Of a stretch of 32,704 nt of DNA, positions 17,975 to 27,599 are shown one piece after another (positions within the stretch are counted from its first letter, which is position 1; each line of letters opens with the position of its first letter). The stretch is from positions 1 to 32,704 of the forward strand of contig CAYNQI010000006.1 in the NCBI GenBank assembly GCA_964399335.1, read 5' to 3'. A program made the position numbers and the translations under genes. Source of the DNA: an uncultured Thermoplasmata archaeon. Its GTDB lineage: Archaea > Thermoplasmatota > Thermoplasmata > Halarchaeoplasmatales > Halarchaeoplasmataceae. The notes under the pieces were generated by a model. It was given only the letters and a program-made list of their open reading frames with translations, was not told where the DNA came from and searched no databases.

Positions 17975-19480
17975 CTAAATAGTATAAATATCTCGTTCAT
18001 CTTTCTCTTCGACTTCAACCCTTTCCCCTATTTCTCCGAATAATTTATCTTTGTATTCTTTAAAGAACATATGAGGATGAGTACTCTTAGATATTCCTAC
18101 TTTCTCTTCTTCTAGTAAAATCCCGATTCCATAAAGACAGCCCAATATTGGAGAAGATGTGTGGATCTTTAGGACCTTAAAGTCTCCATTTGTATCAAGA
18201 TTGTTAAAATATTTTGCCTCCTCTATCTCCGAGAAGTTTTTGTTCCAATACTCCATATAATAAATAAAATTCTTTCTCCATTCAGGATCCGTCTGGAGGT
18301 AATCTACGATATCGTCTTCAAGACTTTGATCGTATTTAATTTCGTTCCGTATCTTTGTAAATAACTTTTTATTCCTTCTATTTTCTTTTATTATCTTAGC
18401 CCAGCCATCCTTTGAATCGAGTTCAAAAGTAGTATCTTTTTCCGCTTTATCTTCCATTACCTTTTCATCTGTATTTGAAGATTCCTCAGTTGATAAATTT
18501 TCAAAAGTTTGAACTTCTTGTTTCGGTCTTTTTTCCATAATGACCTGGTTTTCTTCTAATTCTTCTATCATATCTCTAAGCTCGTCTACAGAATTAGGAT
18601 CGTTTAGACGATGTTCAATCTCCACTGTATCTAACGTTCGACCTTGATATTCTAATAATGAATATTTTTTTCTGAGAAATATTAATTCTTTAATGTTTTC
18701 CTCGTATTCACTAAATAATTCTTCACCTTTATCAAGATCATCTTTAAGTGTATTGATTAATTTGTCTACCTGAAAACCTTCATCTCTCCAGTCTTTTGCT
18801 TTCATTAAAAGTTTCTTTTTCTTTTTCCTCCTTTTAATCTCCTTTTTAAGCTTTCTAACGATTCTTGAGGCCTTCTCTACCGAATCTGGATCGTTCAAGT
18901 ATTCTTCAATATTATCACTAAAAGCCATGTTGTATTTATCAAGAGGTAAAGATTGATATCTTTTTTTTACAATTTTTAATCTTTCAATTCTCTTATTATA
19001 TTCATCGATAAGGTCCTCACCTTTAGAGGGATTATTTTTTATCTTAGCTTTTAATCCAGAAACATCCCACCCTTCTTCTTCTAACTCTTTTAATTTGCTA
19101 AATAATTTCTTTAATCTCTTTTTTTTATCGATCTTCATTTTTAGTTTGTTGACTATCCTCGAGGCTTTTTTTACCGAATCAGGGTCATTCAGATATTCTT
19201 CGATATTTTCACTAAAAGCCAAATCGAATTCATTCAATTTTAAAGAATTATATCTCTTTTTAATAATCTTTAATCTTTTAATCCTTTTCTTATATTCCCT
19301 TATAAAGTCCTCACCTTTAGAAGGGTCATCCTCTATCTTATTTTTTAAACCAGAAACATCCCAACCATCGTTTTCCCAGTCTTTAATTATATCCAATAGT
19401 TTATTTATAGATTCTTCTCTTTTTCTTTCCTTTTCTCTATCCTCGGATATCTTATCTATGATTGGTTTTTTTTCTGACAT
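17975..19480 (-). CDS. Basic/acidic coiled-coil protein with three tandem ~85-aa repeats (EGWDVSGLK.KI...PSKGE..I.EY..RI.RLKI.KKRY.SL.L....AFS.NIEEYLNDPDSV.KASRIV.KLK)
   Basis: The repeats are visible at both protein and DNA level (~18.57-19.39 kb). No known domain recognised. Confidence 0.65.
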   Translation of the reverse strand: MSEKKPIIDKISEDREKERKREESINKLLDIIKDWENDGWDVSGLKNKIEDDPSKGEDFIREYKKRIKRLKIIKKRYNSLKLNEFDLAFSENIEEYLNDPDSVKKASRIVNKLKMKIDKKKRLKKLFSKLKELEEEGWDVSGLKAKIKNNPSKGEDLIDEYNKRIERLKIVKKRYQSLPLDKYNMAFSDNIEEYLNDPDSVEKASRIVRKLKKEIKRRKKKKKLLMKAKDWRDEGFQVDKLINTLKDDLDKGEELFSEYEENIKELIFLRKKYSLLEYQGRTLDTVEIEHRLNDPNSVDELRDMIEELEENQVIMEKRPKQEVQTFENLSTEESSNTDEKVMEDKAEKDTTFELDSKDGWAKIIKENRRNKKLFTKIRNEIKYDQSLEDDIVDYLQTDPEWRKNFIYYMEYWNKNFSEIEEAKYFNNLDTNGDFKVLKIHTSSPILGCLYGIGILLEEEKVGISKSTHPHMFFKEYKDKLFGEIGERVEVEEKDERDIYTI

Positions 19481-19646
19481 ATTGTCACCATAAGACCTTT
19501 ATTCATATCAATAATCTCTTAGGATAAAAAAATTTAGTCTATATCTCATTAATCTAAACATGTTAATTCCGTCCAATATCTATTTTATAAAGGAAAAAAA
19601 CTATATTATATTAATCTAATACCGAGCTGCAAAATAGGGTGGACAC

Positions 19647-20984
19647 ATGGCTAAAAGATGGAGAGATATAAAAAACGATAGTGATGACGTAGTTGCTAGG
19701 TTTTTAGAGCCAAATGACGTAAAAGGTATTACGAGTCAAGATATTATAATAGGTCCTAACGAAGCCGCTGTTATAATCGAACAAGGTAAAATAGAAGACG
19801 TTATTACTCAATCTAAACAAAAGAATTTTGGGACCAGTTTGTTAAAGCGTTTTGAAAATATAATTTTTGGATCTAAAGATTCGAGAATGCTATTTGTTGA
19901 TACGAGTCCTATTGATGTGACCGGGAAAATCAATAATATAGCAACAAAGGACAACGTTAGGCAGGATGGAATCTGTATGTTAAGATTCCAACTAGATGTT
20001 AACAACGCACATAAATTATTAAATCTGATTAAAAATAAAGACAAACTTACGATCAACAATATACGGGAAAAGATAAGCGATGAGATTACAGCCAATGTGT
20101 TTTCACCTTATATACACAAATATAACGTTGACGAATTTAAAGGGAATACTGATGTACAGGATGACATCGAAGAAGCAGCAATGGTAGAGATGAGAAAAAC
20201 TTTCGATATGTGGGGTTTGAATTTAATAAATCTTTCAACGAAATGGCATATCAGTAAACACGAGAAAGTTGAAAGGCAAGTTAAAGATGCTGAATTGGAT
20301 GAGAGAAAAAAGGATATAAGAACTGAAAAAGCTAAAGGGAAGATAAATAGGGAATACGATGTAAAATCCCATCTAGAACAAGAGCAGTATAACCAAAGAG
20401 ATCAACATATGGAACATAAACAGGATTTGGAATGGAAAAACATTAAATTTGAAAGAGATAAGCAAAAAACAGGAGTTGACCATCAAGAAGAGATCAAAAC
20501 TAGAAAGAAAAAAGGAGAGATCACTAGAGAAGAGATGGAATGGGAGATGGACAAAAAAGAGATGGAAAGAGCCTTGGACTGGAAGGATCGAATGAATAAA
20601 CAGAAAATGGAAAAAGAAGAACATGAAACAAAATTGGAGATAAATAAGTTTCAAGAAACTGAGTTAAAGGAGAAAGAAGTGGAAGCGGACGTTAAAAAAA
20701 CAAAAGCTCAGGTAGAGGCTGAGAAAGCAAAGCATAATTTAGAAACATATAAAGAAGCCGAAGACAGAGAAAGAAAACATCAATTAAACATGACTGGTCA
20801 GATGGCAAATTTGATGAATGCATCTAAACAGGATATGCCTAATACACTCGTTCAGGGAACTGATAAGACATCTACGAACATCCAAGACAATCAAAACCCT
20901 GGAAAAAAAGATTCGTGCCCAAATTGTGGATCAAATGTAGATAAAAATTGGCAGCATTGTCCAGACTGTGGAGAAGAAATATAG
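19647..20984 (+). CDS. Flotillin-like protein: SPFH/band-7 domain, long E/K-rich coiled coil, C-terminal Cys4 zinc ribbon
   Basis: SPFH-like N-terminal ~200 aa (IIIGPNEAAVIIEQGKI..., ATKDNVRQDGICMLRFQL, WGLNLINLS). Residues ~200-400 are a charged heptad-rich segment. Ends CPNCG...CPDCG. Confidence 0.65.
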   Translation: MAKRWRDIKNDSDDVVARFLEPNDVKGITSQDIIIGPNEAAVIIEQGKIEDVITQSKQKNFGTSLLKRFENIIFGSKDSRMLFVDTSPIDVTGKINNIATKDNVRQDGICMLRFQLDVNNAHKLLNLIKNKDKLTINNIREKISDEITANVFSPYIHKYNVDEFKGNTDVQDDIEEAAMVEMRKTFDMWGLNLINLSTKWHISKHEKVERQVKDAELDERKKDIRTEKAKGKINREYDVKSHLEQEQYNQRDQHMEHKQDLEWKNIKFERDKQKTGVDHQEEIKTRKKKGEITREEMEWEMDKKEMERALDWKDRMNKQKMEKEEHETKLEINKFQETELKEKEVEADVKKTKAQVEAEKAKHNLETYKEAEDRERKHQLNMTGQMANLMNASKQDMPNTLVQGTDKTSTNIQDNQNPGKKDSCPNCGSNVDKNWQHCPDCGEEI

Positions 20985-21014
20985 TATAATCCATCTGGTA
21001 TAAGATAATGTATT

Positions 21015-21560
21015 ATGTTTGAGAATTTAGCTCTGTATCCATATCCGAGCGTTATTCTTTTTACCAGCGGTATTATCTTATTGTTATTGTCAAATATGAC
21101 TATCGATGACAAAAAGTCAAGTGAAAATATATTAAATTTATTTGGACAATTTTTTGGTTTTTGTTGGGGGATAACAGCTTTAACTTGGGGTATCATAACA
21201 CTCGGTTCTCCAATATATACTGGTTGGATGGTTGGAGGCTTGATATTGGTTGGATTATCTTTATTTTTGAGACCTTTAAAAAATATTCCATGGGCTACTC
21301 TTGTTGGTTTAATTTTTTCAGGTGCGATAACAGCCTTTTTAGCTATGAATATGGATCCTGTAATCCATTTTGGCATAGATTTTAGGTGGATACTGGCTAT
21401 CGTCTTTCTAGCTGTTATGTTTATACTTTATTTAATATGTAAATTTATAGAAGACCTATTTGAATTAATAGGATTGATATTAAGTAATGATCCTATTTCT
21501 ATGTTGATCGGATTAGGATGTTTTATAGGAGGAATAGCTAGTTTAGTAATATATTATTAA
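21015..21560 (+). CDS. Small polytopic membrane protein (5 TM)
   Basis: Regular hydrophobic helices. Preferred over the antisense ORF 20891..21376, which has no membrane or domain signal. Confidence 0.55.
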   Translation: MFENLALYPYPSVILFTSGIILLLLSNMTIDDKKSSENILNLFGQFFGFCWGITALTWGIITLGSPIYTGWMVGGLILVGLSLFLRPLKNIPWATLVGLIFSGAITAFLAMNMDPVIHFGIDFRWILAIVFLAVMFILYLICKFIEDLFELIGLILSNDPISMLIGLGCFIGGIASLVIYY

Positions 21561-21644
21561 GTCATATATCACTTCTAGTTAATAAAATATATTTTACGGG
21601 AAAAGTATTTATTTTTTTATTTTATTAGCCCTAATTGTGAAAAC

Positions 21645-22154
21645 ATGGTATTAGGAACAGTAGTAGAGGGAGTAGCAAGGATAATCGTGAATTACACAGG
21701 TTATAAAAGAGGACAAGCAAAAGAGGATGATTTAGCAGTAAGGAAAAGACTGATGAGTGAACTTGATAAAAGTAAAAACAATCTTCGTAATTCATTAGAA
21801 TACATGTATGAAAATGAAAATAAAAAAAGTTCTAAAAAGATCAGAAAGGTTTTAGATGAGATTGATATGTTCTCAAATGAGGTTGATCTTTCAGAAACAG
21901 GTCATCACTATCCTTTTTTCGATCCTAAAAAAAGTATAAATGATAAAGATATCGAGCAGGTCGTAAAATTTGATAAAAAGATTTTAGATACTTGTATAAA
22001 CATCACTGAAGCCACTGAAGAAATACAGCAAAGACTCATCAGCGGAGTAAATATAGATTCTATTCAAGAGTTTAATAGTTTAAGACAATACATCACAAAA
22101 CTAAGAAACAAATATAAAGACCGTTTGGATTATATCAAAAAAATCGACACCTAA
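21645..22154 (+). CDS. Hypothetical charged protein (169 aa)
   Basis: ORF only. Confidence 0.45.
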   Translation: MVLGTVVEGVARIIVNYTGYKRGQAKEDDLAVRKRLMSELDKSKNNLRNSLEYMYENENKKSSKKIRKVLDEIDMFSNEVDLSETGHHYPFFDPKKSINDKDIEQVVKFDKKILDTCINITEATEEIQQRLISGVNIDSIQEFNSLRQYITKLRNKYKDRLDYIKKIDT

Positions 22155-22179
22155 GTAAGTTATAAGATTAATCACGTTA

Positions 22180-22953
22180 CTAGATGTTTAAAACTTTCTT
22201 TGCATTTTTGTAGAATACTTTCTTTATAGTCTCTTCGCTCCTCCACTCCACATCCATCCTATGTAATGTTTTTTTGACTCCTCCATAAGGTGTATCACTA
22301 CCGAACATCATCTTGTCATCTTCAACCATCAATGATAGTACCTCAACTCGATGTTTTTTATTAATTGATAAATCCATATATATATTATCCTGTTCATTAG
22401 CCATCTTTATGGCATCGCTCTGTTCGGTGATACCAGCATGCGCTAATATGATAGGTATGTTTGTAAATGATGGTAGAATATCTTTTAATTGATCAATATA
22501 TTTTCCTTCTTTATGGGCAGAATGTATCAATATAGGTAGATTCAATTCTGTAGCCTTTTCATATATAAAATCGATCTCGTCACACTCGAAATCCTGCGCG
22601 TAAGGGTGAAGTTTTAAACCTTTCATATCTAAGTCTATTGCCCTTTCCATCTCTTTTTCCCAAGCTGGATGATTTGGATCTATCCTAGAAAACCCGATAA
22701 GTGGATCATATTTTTTTACTAGTCTATGGATAGTGTTATTAGCATCTTTGAAACCATCCTTAGGACCGGTGTTAAATGGAAATATGACAGCTTTCCTGAT
22801 ATTGTATTCTTTCATATCTTTGTATAGCTTGCTGGGATGATTTTTGTCTTCATCATCCTTATCTTTACCTATATGAACATGGACATCTATCTTAGGAACA
22901 TTCCAAATATCTACCGTATCATCTTCTTTAGATTGGTTTTTATCGTCTGTCAT
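22180..22953 (-). CDS. Amidohydrolase-2 (TIM-barrel metal-dependent hydrolase) family protein
   Basis: IDVHVHIG (HxH) at the first strand, with later ILIHSAH and ILAHAG His motifs and a terminal D. Confidence 0.7.
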   Translation of the reverse strand: MTDDKNQSKEDDTVDIWNVPKIDVHVHIGKDKDDEDKNHPSKLYKDMKEYNIRKAVIFPFNTGPKDGFKDANNTIHRLVKKYDPLIGFSRIDPNHPAWEKEMERAIDLDMKGLKLHPYAQDFECDEIDFIYEKATELNLPILIHSAHKEGKYIDQLKDILPSFTNIPIILAHAGITEQSDAIKMANEQDNIYMDLSINKKHRVEVLSLMVEDDKMMFGSDTPYGGVKKTLHRMDVEWRSEETIKKVFYKNAKKVLNI

Positions 22954-22979
22954 GATATCACCGATAAGATTATACTACT

Positions 22980-24176
22980 TTATTCAAATATCCTCCTTAC
23001 CTCTTCCATCTTATACCCACATTCTACACAGCATTTCCATTCACTTTCTACTTTTGTTCCGCAACTTGGACAATATCTTACTCCCCCATCGATCTTCTCG
23101 CCCGTAAAAACACTATAATTTCTAGGGACTTTTAGATTTTTTTCTGCTACCTGTCTAATTATAGAATCATCTATTTTCTTTTTGCCATTACCTATATCAG
23201 ACCTAACAGCAACAGAATTATCCAATTGTGTACTGCCACTTTCTCCTGAACCTCCAATATTAGACCTTAAAGCTACTGAATCTTTAAGTTGGGTAGCCCC
23301 TTCCCCCAATTTTTCTTTCACTTTATCTCCTTTGACCAGATCTCCGTTTACCTTATCACCTTGTATCTGTTCTCCTATCTCTACCTTTGTCTCTCTAAAA
23401 TGGACAGCATCAACCCGTCTATAGTTGGTATTTTTCTGTGCCTTACCTTTTAGAATGTACGTCAATGGTATAGACAGGTTCATGATCTCTTTCCAGTCGT
23501 TAGATGAATCCACTTGATTTATGGTCCATTCGATACATGATCTGATAGGTTCCTCATCATATCCTTCACCTATCAAAAGCAAACTTTCTAAAGCTAAAGC
23601 TGTGACTTTTTCTTTATTTATCCACCCCCTCTCTGTTCGTTCCTTTTTATAATGGTCTTTTTTGATAGAGTTCTTTAAGAAATCAGCTGTTAATGATAAT
23701 TGAGCAGGTTCTGCATAAGAATAAAATAAAGCTTGTAATGCGTAAGAACTCACCCAAACTTTTTCGTACCAGCTTCCATTAGGATACCTTTTCTGTAACA
23801 ATACATCTGCAATATTAGGATAGCTGATACCATACTTACCCAGTGCTTTTATTATCAAAGAATCCAGCCATATCTGGTTTGTCCACCCATTTCTTTTTTT
23901 TTCCTTTTCCAGTATTTTGATATAGTTTTTCATATCGCTCTCAGTATAACCAAGTTCTTTTGCAGATAATAGAAAGTATGAGATCGAGATAGTATCCATA
24001 TCTAACATGAATTTAGCTTCCGTCTTTTTTAATAATTCTTCAGCTATCTCTTCTTCGATACAAGATAAAAGCCGTATACCTGAACTTATGTACCTAATAT
24101 CATTAGATTCGTAAAGGCATGATAAATCAAATGTATTAAAATTCCTCTCTAAGCAATTTACAACTTCTTTTTTCAT
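22980..24176 (-). CDS. Alpha/alpha-toroid (prenyltransferase/terpene-cyclase-like) repeat protein with a G/S-rich duplicated linker and a C-terminal Cys4 zinc ribbon
   Basis: Repeats of the form NGW....D..II.AL..YG, NGSW....VSSYALQALFY and RGW....ALALESLLLIG. Duplicated TQL(K/D).SVA(L/V)RS(N/D)IG segment. Ends CPSCG...CVECG. Confidence 0.55.
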   Translation of the reverse strand: MKKEVVNCLERNFNTFDLSCLYESNDIRYISSGIRLLSCIEEEIAEELLKKTEAKFMLDMDTISISYFLLSAKELGYTESDMKNYIKILEKEKKRNGWTNQIWLDSLIIKALGKYGISYPNIADVLLQKRYPNGSWYEKVWVSSYALQALFYSYAEPAQLSLTADFLKNSIKKDHYKKERTERGWINKEKVTALALESLLLIGEGYDEEPIRSCIEWTINQVDSSNDWKEIMNLSIPLTYILKGKAQKNTNYRRVDAVHFRETKVEIGEQIQGDKVNGDLVKGDKVKEKLGEGATQLKDSVALRSNIGGSGESGSTQLDNSVAVRSDIGNGKKKIDDSIIRQVAEKNLKVPRNYSVFTGEKIDGGVRYCPSCGTKVESEWKCCVECGYKMEEVRRIFE

Positions 24177-26050
24177 TTAACAGCCTCCTCCGATAGAGCT
24201 TTTAGATTTAAAGATAATTTCATAATATCTCTTTTCCTAGACCCAACCTGATTACTTAATTCTCTTTTCAACCATTGAACTACATTATCATTTTTATATC
24301 CTATGCTATTTAAGCAATCATATATGATTGCGGTGGCCTTCACGTTATCGGTTTGTTTACATTCCCAATGGTTTTCTTTCAATAAAATTTTCAGTTGACT
24401 CAATTCTTTACTTGCATCTAAACCAGATATAATTAAACACTCAACAATATATGCTATCACCCATGAGGGAGTAAATTCACTTATCCTATTACGGAGCTTT
24501 TCAGCGAGTTCCTTTTTTTCCAATTCCTCTCCACCCAATTTACTCATAACAGAAAGTGCATAAGCAGATATCCAAAGTTGTTCATCCTCTAATATACCAC
24601 CTCTTAGTTGATCCATAACTTTCTTGGCATTTTGTCTATATATTTCTCTTTCTGTTTCTTCATAGATGAATAAGGTTTCTAATAATAGAAGTGTATGGTA
24701 AAATTTAGACCCAGAATATTTTTTCAAAAGAGTATTTACCAATTCTTCACATCTTATTTTTTCCATCGTTGGATTACATTTCATTAAAGCTAACAACGAA
24801 TTGGCATACTCTTTATAACTTATCGTATAAGATTGCTGGATTGCTTTTTCTAACATTTCATAGGCTTCTTTAATATCCTCATCCCATTCAATCTCTTTTC
24901 TTACTTCTTCTTTTTCAACAAATTTAAATTTAATTTTACTTTCTGGAAGTGGTTTTTTCTCATAATCTTCCATAGTAGCCCCGAAAAGTTCTGATACGTA
25001 TTGATCCTTTTTCTTTGAGAAAAGATGTATCTGCCAATCAGCTAGGTTTCTCTTATGTTTTAAAAATCTTTTCAAAGGTTTGATCTGTTTTTCGTATCCC
25101 ATTTCCTTGATCTCGGGTTTTAACCAGTCAAAAAATGCTTTTATAACCTCTATAGTAGAAGAGTCTGATACATTTTTATAATGAAAGCACCTTTTCATAT
25201 CTCTCTTTATAAAGAAACTAGAAGACATACCATTTTTAATAGCTTTGTTTCTGTTATGACCTATATTTATATTTGGTACCCATTTGACTTTATCCAATTT
25301 TACAGTTAACGTTCGAAACAAAGCTGCATAAGCTACTGTAAGAGGGATATATGGATGGGTATCTAATAAACGTATTTCCAAAGTTGGTTTATATTCATCT
25401 GAGGCCTTACATTTTTGGGTAAAGGGAGATAGGTCGTAATACCTGCTTTTTTTCCTTTTTTCCTCATAAGAGTTTTCATATTCAAAACAAGAAAGATACC
25501 CTCTTTTAATATCTTCTTCGTTAAGGTATGGTGCAGGTTTTATGTTTGGATTTACCCTTTTTGAAGGATCATAAGTATCCATACTGGCCCTAACAGACTT
25601 CCATTTCGTGATATGATTGTCATGGATCGGTGAATTAGAACTTAAAGCAAATATTTCTGGAACAAAGATTCTGAGAAAATTATTGAGTCTCAATTTTCTC
25701 TTATCAGAATTTGCATCGATATGATGCTGTTCTGCAAAATATTCTCCAACTCTACCCTTAGTATGAGGGTTCGCAGCTGTTCCAATTAAGAATAGGTCAC
25801 ACTCACGGGCTGCTTCGTTTACAACTTCTCTCAGTTCTATCAGTTGTTCCTCAAGTTCTTCTAAAGTTTCACAGGTATCAGTAGCTATTTCCAGTTGGGA
25901 CTGGTATTTATCTTTATATATACCACCTTTTCCAAATTCATAATATTTATCTGGTACTTTATCTAATATCTTTGGGACTTCGTAAACCAGGTGCCCATTT
26001 TCATTTACTACTTGTATTTCCTGCTCAACACCGTGTTTCAAATCTATCAC
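24173..26050 (-). CDS. GCS2/YbdK-type carboxylate-amine ligase fused to C-terminal alpha/alpha-toroid repeats (625 aa)
   Basis: N-terminal ~370 aa carry the glutamate-cysteine-ligase-family-2 pattern (HGVEQEIQVV..., EIATDTCETLEE..., FLIGTAANPHT). The C-terminal ~250 aa carry repeats such as QLWISAYALSVMSKLGG. A 4-nt ATGA overlap joins it to the downstream gene. Confidence 0.6.
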   Translation of the reverse strand: MIDLKHGVEQEIQVVNENGHLVYEVPKILDKVPDKYYEFGKGGIYKDKYQSQLEIATDTCETLEELEEQLIELREVVNEAARECDLFLIGTAANPHTKGRVGEYFAEQHHIDANSDKRKLRLNNFLRIFVPEIFALSSNSPIHDNHITKWKSVRASMDTYDPSKRVNPNIKPAPYLNEEDIKRGYLSCFEYENSYEEKRKKSRYYDLSPFTQKCKASDEYKPTLEIRLLDTHPYIPLTVAYAALFRTLTVKLDKVKWVPNINIGHNRNKAIKNGMSSSFFIKRDMKRCFHYKNVSDSSTIEVIKAFFDWLKPEIKEMGYEKQIKPLKRFLKHKRNLADWQIHLFSKKKDQYVSELFGATMEDYEKKPLPESKIKFKFVEKEEVRKEIEWDEDIKEAYEMLEKAIQQSYTISYKEYANSLLALMKCNPTMEKIRCEELVNTLLKKYSGSKFYHTLLLLETLFIYEETEREIYRQNAKKVMDQLRGGILEDEQLWISAYALSVMSKLGGEELEKKELAEKLRNRISEFTPSWVIAYIVECLIISGLDASKELSQLKILLKENHWECKQTDNVKATAIIYDCLNSIGYKNDNVVQWLKRELSNQVGSRKRDIMKLSLNLKALSEEAVK

Positions 26051-26606
26051 TCAACTAAAATTGTATAATATTTCAAATTAATAAAATTATTGGTCAAATA
26101 GATTTTGTAATGGTGAACTTTTACATTTTTTCATGAAATTAAAAAGATAATATTTATATGTATTTTGTATGTTAGAAATAGACAAATCTACCTTGACTCT
26201 GACCTTAACTCGATTTCAAATTCACGGCCCAATATTTTTTAAGCAGTTTTTCAGTTTCTACTTTAAGCGATCTATAAAGGATGTCCGCACAAAAAAGTAC
26301 ACCAAGGTGTGAATAATAACCTTGTTTTCTTTCTCTGCCTATGATGTTCATCTAGGGTATAATCAGGGGTTTATTGAATATTATATAGAAAATAGGGATT
26401 GATAGGCCTCTTCATCTTTGTCTTTTTCACATAATTAAATCTAATTTTTAGTTGAAATCGAGGTAAACATCAATCTTCTGATCTTTTTTTGACTTTAGTA
26501 ATGAAATATTTAGGCTTATTCAATTTTCGTTTTCTAAATATTAATAAATCAACGGAGGTCAAACATATTTTCATAAAGATTTTAACATATCTACAAGCTT
26601 ACACTC

Positions 26607-27389
26607 CTAGAAGGGTTTCTCGTAGTCCTCGTAGATGACATCCTGCCGTAAGTTATTCAATTCCTCTTCAATTTCCGCCTTTTTCTGAGTTATACTTTCA
26701 GAAGCATCTTTGTATGTTTCTAAATCAATTTTTTCATCTGCAAGTTGTTCAGCAAGTGAAGTCTTTTTATCATCTAAGCTTTTTATTTCTTCTAAAGATT
26801 CGTTGTACACTTCATATTTGTTTTTTAGCTCGTTTAATAGATTTTCAGCCTTATCAATATCCATATTTTTAATTGCATCAATTATAGGTCTTTTATCTAT
26901 CATACTTTCCCTTTCTTCTAATGAAGATACTTCACCTTCTATCTTCTCTATTTTATCTGTGATCTTATTTCTTTCTTTGATTAGAGAGTTTGCCTCTTCA
27001 AAATTTCTGTTATCGATCATCCTCTCAATATCACTCGTTTTCATATACCTAGTAGACTCTTTTAATTCGTCTAATTTACTATCTAATTTGACTAATTTTT
27101 CAGCAATCGATAGACCTGCAAAAGTAGATGATTTTGGTTTAGACAATTTTTGAGGCTTTTTAGGGATAGGTCTTTTTTTATCAGTTGCCTCAAAACCCTC
27201 TTTTCTTTGTTTAACTAGTTCATTAGCACGCCCATATAATCCCTCCTTTAATGCCTCTTCGATATCACTTACGTCTTTTCCTTCTCTTTTCAATTGAGAT
27301 AACTGTTCTTCTAAAGATTTAATCCATGGGATAAATCCTCCCCGGATATTGATAAGCTGCTCAGCAGTAGTGTAATCTCCACTCATCAT
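26607..27389 (-). CDS. Paralogue P1 of the 'YEDYxKPF-tail' family: soluble coiled-coil N-terminus plus the conserved C-terminal module (MID.R motif duplicated)
   Basis: C-terminal ~105 aa are collinear with P2-P5: ...MIDKRPI...LAEQLADEKIDLETY...LRQDVIYEDYEKPF. Confidence 0.7.
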   Translation of the reverse strand: MMSGDYTTAEQLINIRGGFIPWIKSLEEQLSQLKREGKDVSDIEEALKEGLYGRANELVKQRKEGFEATDKKRPIPKKPQKLSKPKSSTFAGLSIAEKLVKLDSKLDELKESTRYMKTSDIERMIDNRNFEEANSLIKERNKITDKIEKIEGEVSSLEERESMIDKRPIIDAIKNMDIDKAENLLNELKNKYEVYNESLEEIKSLDDKKTSLAEQLADEKIDLETYKDASESITQKKAEIEEELNNLRQDVIYEDYEKPF

Positions 27390-27599
27390 ATATCGTTCTA
27401 TATCTTTTGTTTTTATATAAGGAACTTCACGTTTAATTTTGTTGAGTTTTTTTTCAATATTTATGCTAGATTCATCTGCTATATTATCACCAGTTAATTT
27501 CGCACTCTTAATCGAATAATTAGTTTATAAACATTCCTATTTTGTTAAATGGAGTTTTAATTTGATTCTTTTAGGTCCGTCTAAATCCAAACCTTAATA

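Noticed and set aside
19095-21376. ORFs 19095..19493(+), 19808..20095(-), 20373..20654(-) and 20891..21376(-)
   Set aside because: They are antisense to the repeat protein and the flotillin-like gene, or compete with the clearly membrane-like + ORF 21015..21560. Their translations are low-complexity.
15170-26050. Calling the region an integrated mobile element or provirus
   Set aside because: No integrase, transposase, terminase or capsid-like gene and no flanking att duplication of the tRNA 3' end. Only the adjacency to a tRNA and the accessory content support it, so it is reported as a hypothesis in the findings rather than a feature.
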